A stretch of 64,000 nt of DNA, from assembly GCA_965216325.1 (NCBI GenBank), contig OZ244160.1:2304001-2368000 (forward strand), written 5' to 3'. Positions 48,028 to 64,000 of this stretch are shown piece by piece. How positions within the stretch are numbered: the first letter of the stretch is position 1; every line of letters begins with the position of its first letter. Both the position numbers and the translations under genes were made by a program. Under the pieces are notes generated by a model. It saw nothing but the letters and a program-made list of their open reading frames with translations. It did no database searches and was not told the origin of the DNA. The stretch comes from Coraliomargarita sp. (GTDB lineage Bacteria; Verrucomicrobiota; Verrucomicrobiia; Opitutales; Coraliomargaritaceae).

Positions 48028-48217
48028 GTAGGGCTCGTGCTTGCACGATGCCGCCAGTTCGTAGAGCGGCGCTTTGCGAGCAAAGGCCCTACGAAGAAGG
48101 CACGTTGCGTTTTGTGTGTTTCTTTTTAGGTAGCGCAGCCGCGTCTCGCGGCGCACCACGTTGTTGTGAGTTCAGCCATATGTCAGTTCTTGCGGAGCGA
48201 GGACGCTCCTGCGCTAC
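48028..48217. repeat. Two tandem GTAG-type inverted REP pairs
   Basis: 48028-48092 (gtagggctcgtgc...aaaggccctac) and 48130-48217 (gtagcgcagcc...cctgcgctac). Confidence 0.85.
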
Positions 48218-48292
48218 CCGCAGAAAACAATTCACACTCTGGAAAATCCGGCTTGCCACCTGCGAGTCACGATAGCAGACCTTTTTGCCATC

Positions 48293-49552
48293 ATGAGTAA
48301 GAAAATCGTTCTCGCATATTCTGGGGGGCTCGACACCTCCGTTCTCGTTAGCTGGCTCAAGGAGCACTACAACGCGGAGATCATCACGTTCGCGGCCGAC
48401 GTCGGTCAGGAAGAGGAACTCGACGGTCTCGCTGAAAAGGCGAAGGCAACGGGCGCATCCGCCCACTACACCGTCGACCTCGTTGACGAGTTTGCTCGCG
48501 ATTTCATCTTCCCGATGATGCGCGCCAACGCGCTCTACGAAGGTCAATACCTGCTCGGCACTTCGATCGCACGCCCACTCATTTCCAAGGCACACGTTGA
48601 AATCGCCGAGAAGGAAGGCGCCGACGCAGTCGCCCACGGTGCAACGGGTAAGGGCAATGACCAAGTCCGTTTTGAATTCGGTTATGCAGCCTTAGCTCCA
48701 GACCTCGAAATTATTTCCCCATGGCGTATGGAAGTCTTCCGCAAGGCCTTCCCAGGACGCACCGAGATGATCGATTACTGCCGCGAGCACAATATCGACG
48801 TCGAAGCGAGCGCATCGAAGCCATACTCCATGGACCGCAACTTGCTGCACATCTCTTACGAAGCTGGCATTCTTGAAGACCCATGGTTTGACCCAACTAC
48901 AGAGGACAACAAGGGCATGTATAAGCTGACCGTCGATCCTCAGGACGCACCGGACGAAGCCGAATACGTCGAGCTCGACTTCGAGCGTGGTGACTGTGTT
49001 GCGGTCAACGGCGAAGCCATGACACCTGCTCAAGTGATGAAGACGCTCAACGCACTGGCAGGTAAGCACGGTGTAGGCCGCGTCGACATCATCGAAAACC
49101 GTTTCGTCGGCATGAAGAGCCGTGGTGTGTATGAAACACCGGGCGGCACGATCCTCCTGCAAGGTCACCGCAACATGGAAACACTCACCATGGACCGCGA
49201 GCTCATGCACTTGCGCGACAGCTTGATCCCACGCTACGCGGAGCTCGTTTACAACGGCTTCTGGTATGCGCCTGAGCGTGAAGCACTCCAAGCGCTGATC
49301 GATGACTCCCAAAAGACAGTCACTGGCACGGTTCGCCTGAAGCTTTACAAGGGCAACGTCACGACTGTTGGCCGTAAGTCGCCACTGTCGCTCTACGACG
49401 AAGACATTGCATCGATGGAAGGTGTGGACAGCGATTACAACCCAGACGACGCAAGCGGCTTCATCCGCCTTAACGCGCTTCGCCTCCGTCGCCGTGCGAT
49501 CGCACAAGGTGGCCCGGAAATCGCATCCGAGAGCAATCTGAAGAAGGACTAA
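48293..49552 (+). CDS. argG: Argininosuccinate synthase
   Basis: [23 protein letters not shown] and [16 protein letters not shown] motifs. Confidence 0.99.
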   Translation: MSKKIVLAYSGGLDTSVLVSWLKEHYNAEIITFAADVGQEEELDGLAEKAKATGASAHYTVDLVDEFARDFIFPMMRANALYEGQYLLGTSIARPLISKAHVEIAEKEGADAVAHGATGKGNDQVRFEFGYAALAPDLEIISPWRMEVFRKAFPGRTEMIDYCREHNIDVEASASKPYSMDRNLLHISYEAGILEDPWFDPTTEDNKGMYKLTVDPQDAPDEAEYVELDFERGDCVAVNGEAMTPAQVMKTLNALAGKHGVGRVDIIENRFVGMKSRGVYETPGGTILLQGHRNMETLTMDRELMHLRDSLIPRYAELVYNGFWYAPEREALQALIDDSQKTVTGTVRLKLYKGNVTTVGRKSPLSLYDEDIASMEGVDSDYNPDDASGFIRLNALRLRRRAIAQGGPEIASESNLKKD

Positions 49553-49593
49553 TTCAGAGGCCGGAGGTCAGAGGACAGAGGCCAGAATATTTC

Positions 49594-49629
49594 AAGCGCG
49601 AAGGAGCTCAGAGCCCTTCGCGCTTTTTT
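49594..49629 (+). terminator. Rho-independent terminator after argG
   Basis: aagcgcgaagg-agctcagagc-ccttcgcgc followed by a T run. Confidence 0.85.
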
Positions 49630-49696
49630 GTTGAAGTAGAAGCGTGCTTCCAGCCGCTTCCCTCTAGGTCTAGCCAAAAGCGGCAAGATGTCGCAT

Positions 49697-50014
49697 CTAC
49701 TGTATCCCTTGCCTACGCCGTGCCTCAATACACTGCTCGCTGCCGGGTTCGAACTTGCGGCAGACCTCCGGGCGATCCTCGTAGATCTTGCAGAGTTGAT
49801 CGTCTTTTAGAAAGGGGCACTGCGCGAGGAAGGGGATCGGGAAGAGTTGGTAGACCTTGTCGTCGGTTTGCAGGTGCTCCTTGAGCTTACGAGCGTGGCC
49901 GTAGATCTTGGGGGCGCGCTCGGCATCGGCCTCGCTGGCGAAGATTGGGAAGCTGCGGCAACAGGCACCGCAATGGGTGCAATCAAACTCTGGGGTCTTT
50001 GAATCTCTATCCAT
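49697..50014 (-). CDS. YkgJ family cysteine-cluster protein
   Basis: CTHCGACC, CPFL and CKIYEDRPEVC motifs. Confidence 0.9.
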   Translation of the reverse strand: MDRDSKTPEFDCTHCGACCRSFPIFASEADAERAPKIYGHARKLKEHLQTDDKVYQLFPIPFLAQCPFLKDDQLCKIYEDRPEVCRKFEPGSEQCIEARRRQGIQ

Positions 50015-50020
50015 TAGGGC

Positions 50021-50050
50021 AAAGAAAAAGGCAGCCAGAATAGCTGCCTT
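50021..50050 (-). terminator. Probable terminator downstream of the DUF3127 gene
   Basis: Minus strand: aaggcagc-tattctg-gctgcc-tttttcttt. Confidence 0.65.
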
Positions 50051-50177
50051 CTGTAAAGAGTGTTAGTGTTGGGGTTTGTAGCTCAGGCGCGTGTCCGCCA
50101 TAGCTTAAGCGGCGGCGGGTCTCGCCTGAGTCATCGGGCCAAACGTTCACACAGGCAAGATGCCTGTGCTACGCTCC

Positions 50178-50522
50178 TTAGAACGGAGGCTCTTCGTCGA
50201 GCACTTCGTCGCCCGGATCGAAGGGAGGTGGCTCGTCGTCGGCTGCGCCACCCGCGCCGGCTGCATCGACACGCCATGCGGCAAGGTTGACGAAATACTT
50301 GCCGTTCCACTCGCGGCCATTGATGTCGAAAGTCACCTTCACTTTGTCGCCCTTGTTGAGCTTATTGACCAGCTCGACCTTGTCTTTTAGACACTCGAAC
50401 TTGATGTCCTGAGGGAATTTGTCGGCCTCTGAGGTGACCACGAATTCACGCTTATTAAAGCCACTGGCAAAGGTTTGCTCGTCGAAGATTTCTTTTACGG
50501 TTCCGGTTAGTTCAAATGACAT
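50178..50522 (-). CDS. DUF3127 protein (SSB-like OB fold with acidic PF tail)
   Basis: [28 protein letters not shown]-terminal DEEPPF. Confidence 0.9.
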   Translation of the reverse strand: MSFELTGTVKEIFDEQTFASGFNKREFVVTSEADKFPQDIKFECLKDKVELVNKLNKGDKVKVTFDINGREWNGKYFVNLAAWRVDAAGAGGAADDEPPPFDPGDEVLDEEPPF

Positions 50523-50700
50523 GCGCTGGATCAAATGCAGCTGCTTCGGTGATGCAAAACATTTCGTTAGGGAAAAGTGAATTCGCGAATTGGGCCTGTT
50601 TCGGGAGCCAAGATGGGGACCTAGCTGTATTGCAAGTGCTTAGGTGTCGGAGATGTTTGTTGTCATCGTTGGTGTGTGCTGCTCTGCTAGTGTATTGAAT

Positions 50701-51386
50701 ATGGGTAAGCTCCTACAGTCTGTATCGCTGTCGTTATCACTCATTGGTCTATTGCATCATCTGGCGGCGGAAACGGCTTATCGGATTGAAGCTAAAGGCT
50801 AATCATTCAGGTCGTTGAATTCTCGAAGGAGGAGAATCGATCTTTCGAGTTGCTTGATCATTCGAAGGTTCAGCAGGGCCAGTGGATTGATCGTCAGTTT
50901 TCGGATGCATATTTGTTAATGGTTAATGGCGGCTATTTTGATGGGAGGGGGGAACGGATTGGTTACTGCAAGATCGGTGATGTGATCCACTCTGCTTTGG
51001 ATAGCCCCAAGCTTTCTGGCTATCTGGTCATTGATGCTGCAGGACGATTGGATCTGAGGTTCAAGGAGCGGCCGCAAGATGCTCACTCGGTGTTACAGTG
51101 TGGTCCCTATGTGATCGATCCGGGGGGCAAACTTGGCATTCGAACAAAAAACGGTCTTCCTGCTAAGCGGACTTTAGTCGGTATCAAGGACGATGATTCG
51201 GTGTTGATTATGTCTAGCGATGAAGTGCTGCTTTACGACTTAGCTCGTATCTTGAAGGAGGAGATCCCCGACCTTGATCGGGCACTCAATTTAGACGGTG
51301 GCCCGTCGGTTGGATTTTACTATGGCCAGATACGTGTGAAGAATCGTAATCCAGTGGCGAACTTTCTGGCTAGACAGAGAGAGTGA
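50701..51386 (+). pseudogene. Phosphodiester glycosidase (NAGPA/DUF2233) family gene with a frameshift near 50797
   Basis: Signal-peptide ORF 50701-50802 stops; the catalytic part (NGGYF, QCGP, RTLVG, ALNLDGGPS) is open in the -1 frame from 50796. Confidence 0.75.
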
Positions 51387-51509
51387 TCGCCACAAAAAAC
51401 ACGAAGTGATCCGTCGCTGCGTTATAACGCAGCCAAGCTAGATTTTGTGCCTTAAAATTTCGCAGGCATAGTGAGTCGAGGCGTAAAGCCTCTCCTACTA
51501 TTGTGGAGC

Positions 51510-52745
51510 TTAGAATGTGTAGGTTAAGAACAGACGGGCATCGGTTAGGGTGCTGTTGTCTCTGCCTGAGTTGCCATCTCGGTAGCCGACTGCGCCTTTT
51601 AAGCTTACGCTGAGGTGCTCAGTAATCGGTTGTTTCGCGACGAAATCCAGCTCCTGTGCATCGAAGTCGAGTTTGTCCTGCCAAGTGTAGTTATACAATG
51701 CGTAGAGCACCGTTTGGTTCACTTTGGTGGTGGCTTTGAGGTAGGCCGTTTGAGCGCCGCCGTTAAACTGGCAGGCGCACAGAATCATTGAAGCGCCGAG
51801 CGGGTGATTGATGCCGGTTGTGAGTTCCTGGAAGCGCAGGGTGCTGCCGTGGACCGCAAAGTAGCCAGGCTCGAGAGTGAAGTTGCCGACCTTTTTACTG
51901 TAAGAGAGCCCATAGGCGTCGGAGTGTTGGCTCCCGGCTTTGCCGACATCGCCCTCGTGGCGGTAGTAGCCGGTCACTTTGGCATCTTCGCTAAGCGTAT
52001 ATTGAATGCGTGTGCCGATCAGGTTGGTGACATCCCAGGCATAGGCGTCGAAGAGCGCGATCTCCCAGTCTTCGAAACCGGTGTAGAGTCCTTCTGCCCA
52101 GGTGATGCCGTCGGTATCGTAGCCAGTGCCGAAGACATCGCCGAAGTCGTTGAAGTCCCAGCGGTCAATACCCGTTGGGCTGGTGCTGCCGAGCCAGTTG
52201 CTCATCTCATGCGCATGGCCGAGGGTGAGCGCTAAGTTGGAAATGTCCTTGGTGATGAGCTGGACGGCTTCGATTGCGCGTGCTTTTTGGCGGACATCGT
52301 CGGCCCTGAAGACTTCGCCATTACTGATCTTTCGACCGACCAGCGCTTGGGTATCTTCTAGATCGAAGGCCTCAAGGTCGTAGCGAACCCATGCCTCGTT
52401 GAGCACGTTGATGTCGTCGTTGTGCAAGAGGTTCGTGTTGCCGCCGTCGGTAAGGGTGAAGGCGTAGTTGTAGGCTCCGCCGACATCGAAACCGGAGAGT
52501 TCCAGCGACTGATAGTTGATGACGAATCCGAGCGTCGTCGCATCCCCGTGATCCCCTCCGGGAGCATCTTCGAAGTCGCGATACATGGAGAGAATTTGAG
52601 CGCGTCCGGAGAAGGTGCCATAACCCAAATCGTTGATTGGCTGTGCAATACTTCGAGCTGGGCTATCTGCTTGAGTGTTGTCTGCGAGGGCCGTCAGCGA
52701 AGAAGTGAGTGCTGCGGCTGCCAGAAGTGTGGCGGTCTTTGTCAT
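51510..52745 (-). CDS. Outer-membrane beta-barrel porin (OprD-like)
   Basis: Signal peptide, amphipathic strands, GRK/Q motif, C-terminal DARLFLTYTF. Confidence 0.8.
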   Translation of the reverse strand: MTKTATLLAAAALTSSLTALADNTQADSPARSIAQPINDLGYGTFSGRAQILSMYRDFEDAPGGDHGDATTLGFVINYQSLELSGFDVGGAYNYAFTLTDGGNTNLLHNDDINVLNEAWVRYDLEAFDLEDTQALVGRKISNGEVFRADDVRQKARAIEAVQLITKDISNLALTLGHAHEMSNWLGSTSPTGIDRWDFNDFGDVFGTGYDTDGITWAEGLYTGFEDWEIALFDAYAWDVTNLIGTRIQYTLSEDAKVTGYYRHEGDVGKAGSQHSDAYGLSYSKKVGNFTLEPGYFAVHGSTLRFQELTTGINHPLGASMILCACQFNGGAQTAYLKATTKVNQTVLYALYNYTWQDKLDFDAQELDFVAKQPITEHLSVSLKGAVGYRDGNSGRDNSTLTDARLFLTYTF

Positions 52746-52812
52746 GTTGTTTGTGTGTTAACTAATACCGAAGCTCAAAAGCTTTGGCCTAAAGGCATTA
52801 ACACGCCTCGGG

Positions 52813-52949
52813 AACCACCCCGGTCGGGTTATTATGCCCTTGGGTACAAGCCGACCACTCCTCGTTGAAAAGGAGGAGAGTCAGAGCGAATGAAAAGAAA
52901 GCTCCTCCCCTGCTAAGGGGAGGTCACCTGCTTGCAGGTGGGAGGGGTT
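52813..52949. repeat. About 130-bp multi-hairpin dispersed repeat, copy 2 (inverted)
   Basis: Reverse complement of 14747-14879. Confidence 0.9.
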
Positions 52950-52977
52950 TATCAGCCCGAAAGCTTTATTGAATCGG

Positions 52978-53013
52978 AAAAAGCAGAGGCTCCCTCGGTT
53001 GGGAGGGAGCCTC
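52978..53013 (-). terminator. Terminator of the mutase operon
   Basis: Minus strand: gaggctccctc-ccaacc-gagggagcctc-tgc-ttttt. Confidence 0.75.
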
Positions 53014-53038
53014 AGTGTAATTTCGTCGGAAGCGGCGC

Positions 53039-55204
<2,166 letters not shown>

Positions 55205-55238
55205 CGTTTTAAAACTGTAGTTTAATTTTGAATACGAT

Positions 55239-57374
<2,136 letters not shown>

Positions 57375-57504
57375 AAGCAAATCTTAATAAAATTAAAACT
57401 ATGATAAGAAAAACTTGCTAATTGGCGGAATGGTTGTCAATAAGAATACATAATCTATTAATGATTAAAGTTAAGAAGTTCTAATACCAAACCCAACCAG
57501 CACT

Positions 57505-57909
57505 ATGATCCAGAAAATAGACCACCTAGGTATCGCAGTTAAGAGCCTTGATGACTCCATCGAGTATTATGAGAAAGCACTAGGCTTACATTGTCATGGA
57601 CGCGAAGAAGTCGAATCGCAAAAGGTAAAAACTGCTTTTTTTGAGGCGGGCGATGTGCACATCGAATTGTTGGAGCCCACTGCAGAAGACAGCCCGATCG
57701 CAAAGTTTATCGAAAAAAATGGTGAGGGAATCCACCACATTGCGTTTGCAACCGACGATATTGAGGGTCAATTGAAGCAAGCGTCCGATAGTGGCGTGCG
57801 TCTGATCCATGAAGTGCCTTTCGAGGGGGCAGCTAACAAACTGGTCGCCTTCCTTCACCCTAAGTCAACGCGCGGTGTGCTTACTGAGTTCTGCATGGAC
57901 AAGAAGTAA
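57505..57909 (+). CDS. mce: Methylmalonyl-CoA epimerase
   Basis: IDHLGIAV, IELLEP, GEGIHHIAF and FLHPKSTRGVLTE motifs. Confidence 0.96.
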   Translation: MIQKIDHLGIAVKSLDDSIEYYEKALGLHCHGREEVESQKVKTAFFEAGDVHIELLEPTAEDSPIAKFIEKNGEGIHHIAFATDDIEGQLKQASDSGVRLIHEVPFEGAANKLVAFLHPKSTRGVLTEFCMDKK

Positions 57910-57955
57910 GACAACTGCGCAGCCAACATATTCACCAATAGATTAGATCGCAATT

Positions 57956-59506
<1,551 letters not shown>

Positions 59507-59541
59507 GCCTTCGACCGTCTCATCTTAACGTATTTGAATTA

Positions 59542-59982
59542 ATGATACACTCACTTACCATTCTAGGGGCTGTGGAAGCAGGAACTGCGGATAGTGTGTC
59601 CAGTATCGTGGTGATCGGATTTTCCTTCGTCCTGTTGGTGCTCGCAGTCTTGGCTGCGGTCACCGCAGTGATGGGGATGGTCTTCGCCAAACGAGCTGCA
59701 CGCGATGCCGAGAAGGCTGCTGAGAAGGCCCAAGTTACACTGGATAAAGCGAACGCAGCAGCTGCTGCTAAGCCAGTCGCTGCTCCGGCAGTTGCAAGTA
59801 AACCAGTTGCTGCGGCTCGGGCGGATAGTGCCGATGATGAAGCCATCTTCGCAGTGATTTCTGCAGCCGTGCACACGGTCATTGGAGATCGCGCGCACCG
59901 TATTGTTTCGATCCGTGGCGCAGGCCCGGGTTGGGCGCAGGAAGGCCGTCGCCAAATCTTCTCTTCACACCGTGTTCGCTAG
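59542..59982 (+). CDS. mmdD: Decarboxylase delta subunit (OadG/MmdD family)
   Basis: N-terminal TM, Ala/Pro linker, AVISAAV and WAQEGR motifs. Confidence 0.85.
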   Translation: MIHSLTILGAVEAGTADSVSSIVVIGFSFVLLVLAVLAAVTAVMGMVFAKRAARDAEKAAEKAQVTLDKANAAAAAKPVAAPAVASKPVAAARADSADDEAIFAVISAAVHTVIGDRAHRIVSIRGAGPGWAQEGRRQIFSSHRVR

Positions 59983-60025
59983 TTCGGACACATCTAAACT
60001 AATTCACCAATAATTTTTTATTCTT

Positions 60026-60415
60026 ATGAAACGCTTACGTATTACCGTCGAAGGCAAAGCCTACGAAGTTGATGTTGAAATCCTGGATGAAGGCTTCGCC
60101 GCGCCAGCGCCGCGCCCAGTCTCATCCGCGAGTGCCCGTGTTGCCGCTCCAATCGCGAAGGCTGCTCCAGCAGCACCGAAGCCTGTTGCAGGTGGCGGTG
60201 GCGCCGGTGATGTTGCCAGCCCATTGGCTGCTGTGGTGGTTTCCGTTGATGTCGCTGTTGGCGACACTGTGGAAGAAGGTCAAAAGGTTGTGACACTTGA
60301 AGCGATGAAGATGAACACCATCGTTTCTGCTACCAAGGCAGGCACTGTGTCGGCCATCAATGTAGCCGCAGGCGATGCAGTCGAAGAAGGCCAGTCTATG
60401 GTCAGCATCGACTAA
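60026..60415 (+). CDS. mmdC: Biotin carboxyl carrier (gamma) subunit
   Basis: ITVEGKAYEVDVE, Ala/Pro linker, EAMKM biotinylation site. Confidence 0.92.
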   Translation: MKRLRITVEGKAYEVDVEILDEGFAAPAPRPVSSASARVAAPIAKAAPAAPKPVAGGGGAGDVASPLAAVVVSVDVAVGDTVEEGQKVVTLEAMKMNTIVSATKAGTVSAINVAAGDAVEEGQSMVSID

Positions 60416-60456
60416 GTTAGTTTAGCTGAGTCCCCTTTACCTATATTTGATTCGCT

Positions 60457-61629
60457 ATGCTTGACTTACTCCATCAGCTATACACCAACACAGGATTCGA
60501 CACGATCAGCTGGCAAATGCTGGTGATGTGGGCCGTTGTCGTAGCACTGCTCTATTTGGCGGTCTACAAGCAATTTGAACCACTTCTACTCGTGCCGATT
60601 GCTTTTGGTGCCTTGCTGGCAAACTTGCCAACTGAAGGCATTATGGAAGGTCTGCATTTTGCGGGTCAACACTATGAGCTCAAGGAAGATGGTACGGGTG
60701 GTTTGTTCTATTATCTCTTTCAAGGGATTCACTTAGAACTCTTTCCTCCGATCATTTTTATGGGTGTGGGGGCGCTGACTGATTTTGGTCCACTGATCGC
60801 GAACCCAAGAGTGTTCCTCTTGGGGGCTGCGGCTCAGTTTGGCGTCTTCGGCGTCTTTATTGCCGCTGGATTCATGAAGTATATCGGCATCGAATATAGC
60901 CTGCAGGAAGCGGGCGCCATCAGCATCATCGGTGGTGCGGATGGCCCCACTTCGATCTTTCTTGCGAACAAGCTGGCTCCCAGCCTGATCGGCGCGATTG
61001 CGGTTTCGGCGTATAGTTACATGGCACTGGTTCCGGTGATTCAGCCGCCAATCATGCGGGCGCTGACTAATGAGCAGGAACGCAAGATCCGTATGCAGAG
61101 CTTGCGCCAAGTTTCCAAACTCGAGAAGCTGATCTTTGCGGTTCTGATTATGATGGTGTGCATTATCTTGGTGCCGCCTGCCTCGCCGCTGATGTTCATG
61201 CTCTTCCTGGGTAACTTCATGCGTGAGTGTGGTGTCGTTGAGCGCCTGAGTAAGGCTTCTCAAAACGAGATCATCAATATTGTCACGATCTTCCTGGGCA
61301 CCAGTGTGGGCATTACTATGAACGGTGATACCTTCCTGACCGCTCAAACGCTTGGTATTCTTTGTCTCGGTATCGTTGCATTCGCAATGGCGACTGCATC
61401 GGGCATCTGGATGGCCAAGATCATGAACCTGTTTTCTAAAAACAAGATCAACCCCTTGATTGGCTCTGCTGGTGTGAGCGCCGTTCCTATGGCTGCTCGC
61501 GTCAGTCAGGTAGAAGGCCAGAAGGCCGACCCGTCGAACTTCCTGCTGATGCATGCGATGGGGCCGAATGTTGCGGGTGTGATTGGCACTGCTCTGGTAG
61601 CCGGGTTCTTCATGACCGTCCTTTCCTAA
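60457..61629 (+). CDS. mmdB: Na+-translocating decarboxylase beta subunit
   Basis: [36 protein letters not shown] and HAMGPNVAG motifs. Confidence 0.95.
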   Translation: MLDLLHQLYTNTGFDTISWQMLVMWAVVVALLYLAVYKQFEPLLLVPIAFGALLANLPTEGIMEGLHFAGQHYELKEDGTGGLFYYLFQGIHLELFPPIIFMGVGALTDFGPLIANPRVFLLGAAAQFGVFGVFIAAGFMKYIGIEYSLQEAGAISIIGGADGPTSIFLANKLAPSLIGAIAVSAYSYMALVPVIQPPIMRALTNEQERKIRMQSLRQVSKLEKLIFAVLIMMVCIILVPPASPLMFMLFLGNFMRECGVVERLSKASQNEIINIVTIFLGTSVGITMNGDTFLTAQTLGILCLGIVAFAMATASGIWMAKIMNLFSKNKINPLIGSAGVSAVPMAARVSQVEGQKADPSNFLLMHAMGPNVAGVIGTALVAGFFMTVLS

Positions 61630-61674
61630 TTTTTCCTTAAATCTAAAGTATTCACTTCACCAATACGAACTGTC

Positions 61675-63171
61675 ATGCCAACTGCGACGACAACATATCC
61701 AATCCTCACTGCCGATGAAGCGGCAGCTCTCATTAACAACGGCGACATCGTCGGCTTCTCCGGATTCACCCCCGCGGGTGCCGCGAAGGAAATTCCGACT
61801 GCGCTGGCTCGACGTGCGGCCTCTGAGCATGAAGCCGGACGTGAGTTCAAGGTCGGGGTGGTAACTGGTGCGTCAACCGGTGACAGTCTCGATGGCGAGT
61901 TAGCACGCGCGAATGCAGTCCTCTTTCGCACACCGTATCAAAGTAACGGCGACCTGCGTAAGGCGATTAATAAGGGCGAGACGCACTTCTTCGATATGCA
62001 CCTTTCTGTACTGCCACAGGCGGCACGCTATGGTCACCTCGGTAAGTTCAAGTTCGCCGTCGTTGAAGCTGCAGACGTCACCGAAGATGGTGAGATCATC
62101 CTGACCACATCGGTTGGTGCGTCGAATACCTTCTGTACCGTGGCTGACAAGATTCTGATCGAACTTAATGAGTTCCACCCGAAGGAACTCAATGGTTTGC
62201 ATGACATCTACGAGCCACTGGATCCGCCATACCGTAAGGAAATTCCGATCTACAAGGTGAAGGACCGTATCGGTACCGCAGGTGTTAAGGTCGATCCATC
62301 CAAAATTGTCGGTATCGTGAAGACGAACCGCGCAGACGAAGTCGGTGGCTTCAAGGATCCGGATGAAGCGACACTGAAGATTGGTGAGAATGTTGCCAAC
62401 TTCCTTGCGGATGAAATCGAGGCGGGGCGCATTCCAAAGGAGTTCCTTCCGATTCAGTCCGGTGTGGGCAATATCGCCAATGCAGTTCTGGGCGCGATGG
62501 GCGCGAATGAAAAGATCCCGCCGTTCGAAATGTATTCTGAAGTCATTCAGGACAGCGTGATCGACCTGATGCGCAATGGTGACATCACTTTCGGTTCGGC
62601 GACCTCGCTTACGGTATCTCCCGAGCGCTTAAAGGAAGTCTACGAGAATCTCGATTTCTTCAAAGAGCGTATGATGCTGCGCCCACAGGAGCTTTCCAAT
62701 AATCCGGAAATGGTCCGTCGCTTGGGTATTATCACCATCAACACTGCGATCGAAGTGGATATCTTCGGTAACGTGAACTCAACCCACGTTATGGGTAAGA
62801 GCCTCATGAATGGTATCGGTGGCTCCGGTGACTTCACACGTAACGCTTACATCTCGATCTTTACTTGCCCGTCGATTGCGAAGGACGGTGCGATTAGCAC
62901 CATCGTTCCCTTGGTTGCGCACTTAGACCACAGTGAGCACTCTGTGAATGTGATCATCACCGAGCAAGGTGTGGCCGACCTCCGTGGTAAGGACCCTGTG
63001 CAACGTGCACACGAGATCATTCTCAAGTGTGCGCACCCAGAATATCGCGATCAGCTACTGCAATACATGGGCGACACGAAGAACGGCCACACTCCGCAGA
63101 CTCTGAGTAAGGCATTTGCGATGCACCAAGCCTTCCTTGAGAAGAAGGACATGCGCGGCGTCGAAATGTAG
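61675..63171 (+). CDS. scpC: Succinate/propionyl-CoA transferase (acetyl-CoA hydrolase/transferase family)
   Basis: SGFTPAG, QSGVGNIAN, YSEVIQD, GIGGSGDF and EQGVADLRG motifs. Confidence 0.85.
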   Translation: MPTATTTYPILTADEAAALINNGDIVGFSGFTPAGAAKEIPTALARRAASEHEAGREFKVGVVTGASTGDSLDGELARANAVLFRTPYQSNGDLRKAINKGETHFFDMHLSVLPQAARYGHLGKFKFAVVEAADVTEDGEIILTTSVGASNTFCTVADKILIELNEFHPKELNGLHDIYEPLDPPYRKEIPIYKVKDRIGTAGVKVDPSKIVGIVKTNRADEVGGFKDPDEATLKIGENVANFLADEIEAGRIPKEFLPIQSGVGNIANAVLGAMGANEKIPPFEMYSEVIQDSVIDLMRNGDITFGSATSLTVSPERLKEVYENLDFFKERMMLRPQELSNNPEMVRRLGIITINTAIEVDIFGNVNSTHVMGKSLMNGIGGSGDFTRNAYISIFTCPSIAKDGAISTIVPLVAHLDHSEHSVNVIITEQGVADLRGKDPVQRAHEIILKCAHPEYRDQLLQYMGDTKNGHTPQTLSKAFAMHQAFLEKKDMRGVEM

Positions 63172-63183
63172 TGCGGAGCACGG

Positions 63184-63274
63184 CTCTTAATCTTACTCCT
63201 AATCTTACTCTTAATCTGATAGGGCTCTGTTCTTGATGAGAGAGTAGGATTAGGATTAAGAGTAAGATTAAGAA
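63184..63274. repeat. Hexamer-periodic inverted array
   Basis: ctcttaatcttactcctaatcttactcttaatc ... gagtaggattaggattaagagtaagattaagaa. Confidence 0.85.
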
Positions 63275-63280
63275 TTTAGT

Positions 63281-64000
63281 ATGCGAGCAGCTCCAGATAT
63301 TGATTCACTCGTCGAAGGTGTACTAACCGGTGACCGTGCACGTCTTGCACGGGCAATCACACTGGTCGAGAGCCGTGCGCCGAAGCACGCCCCGTATGCT
63401 CAGGAACTGATGCAGCATATCTTGCCGCACACGGGTGGCGCGATGCGCATCGGTTTGACGGGTGTTCCGGGTGCAGGGAAAAGCACGACGATCGAAGCGC
63501 TCGGCATGATGCTGTGTAAGCAGGGTAAAAAAGTGGCCGTGCTTGCAGTCGATCCCAGTAGTTCGATCCATGGGGGCAGTATCCTTGGCGACAAGACTCG
63601 CATGGAAGACCTCTGCCGCGAAGAAAATGCCTTTATTCGGCCGTCGCCATCGGGCAGTAGCCTTGGAGGTGTAGCAGCGCGCACGCGCGAAGGTCTCCTG
63701 CTCTGTGAAGCGGCTGGCTATGATGTGATCATCGTCGAAACCGTGGGTGTTGGGCAAAGCGAGACCGAAGTGCGCACCATGACGGACTTTTTCCTCTTGC
63801 TGCAAATCGCCGGGGCTGGCGATGAGCTTCAAGGCATCAAGAAGGGCGTGATCGAGCTTGCGGATGCGATTGTGGTGAACAAGGCGGACGGCGATAACAA
63901 GGTCCGCGCACGCCAAGCGAAAGTGGAATACACCCGTGTGTTGCACTTCCTGCATCCCTTCACGCCAGGATGGACCCCGAAGGCGCTGACCTGCTCGGCG
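63281..64000 (+). CDS. meaB: Methylmalonyl-CoA mutase GTPase chaperone (3'-truncated; absent from the ORF track)
   Basis: Hand translation from ATG 63281: [76 protein letters not shown]. Confidence 0.95.
   Translation, partial: MRAAPDIDSLVEGVLTGDRARLARAITLVESRAPKHAPYAQELMQHILPHTGGAMRIGLTGVPGAGKSTTIEALGMMLCKQGKKVAVLAVDPSSSIHGGSILGDKTRMEDLCREENAFIRPSPSGSSLGGVAARTREGLLLCEAAGYDVIIVETVGVGQSETEVRTMTDFFLLLQIAGAGDELQGIKKGVIELADAIVVNKADGDNKVRARQAKVEYTRVLHFLHPFTPGWTPKALTCSA

Noticed and set aside
57375..57504. Cobalamin riboswitch or Rex/FNR site in the mutase-epimerase divergent region
   Set aside because: The region is short and AT-rich with no convincing consensus match.
63323..63955. 210-aa minus-strand ORF
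   Set aside because: It is antisense to meaB, which is missing from the track only because it runs off the window.

Overview
Bacterial chromosomal window, mostly housekeeping genes, moderately GC-rich with strong codon bias in highly expressed genes. Gene content and style suggest a marine Verrucomicrobiota (Opitutales, Coraliomargarita-like); this is inference only. Core genes include gmd-fcl, trpC, pyrG, sdhCAB, degP, aroB, ftsY, nusB, ribH, tgt, lysC, radC, rlmN, fmt, rne/rng, rodA, mgtE and argG. The window ends in a complete methylmalonyl-CoA (succinate-propionate) cluster with a Na+-pumping decarboxylase. The most notable feature is an IS1111-type (IS110 family) element at 40426-41901, inserted at the AG of a GTAG-type REP palindrome. 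Its 3' non-coding end folds into two internal-loop hairpins carrying segments that match the target site and the element's own circle junction, i.e. a readable bridge/seekRNA apparently programmed against a host REP. Also present: a RAYT transposase with its own REP pairs, several dispersed REP/palindrome families, intergenic 6/7/8/10-nt periodic inverted arrays, a voltage-gated channel with a TLEDWTD filter, and a frameshifted secreted phosphodiester glycosidase. All structures and alignments were read by eye; none were computed.
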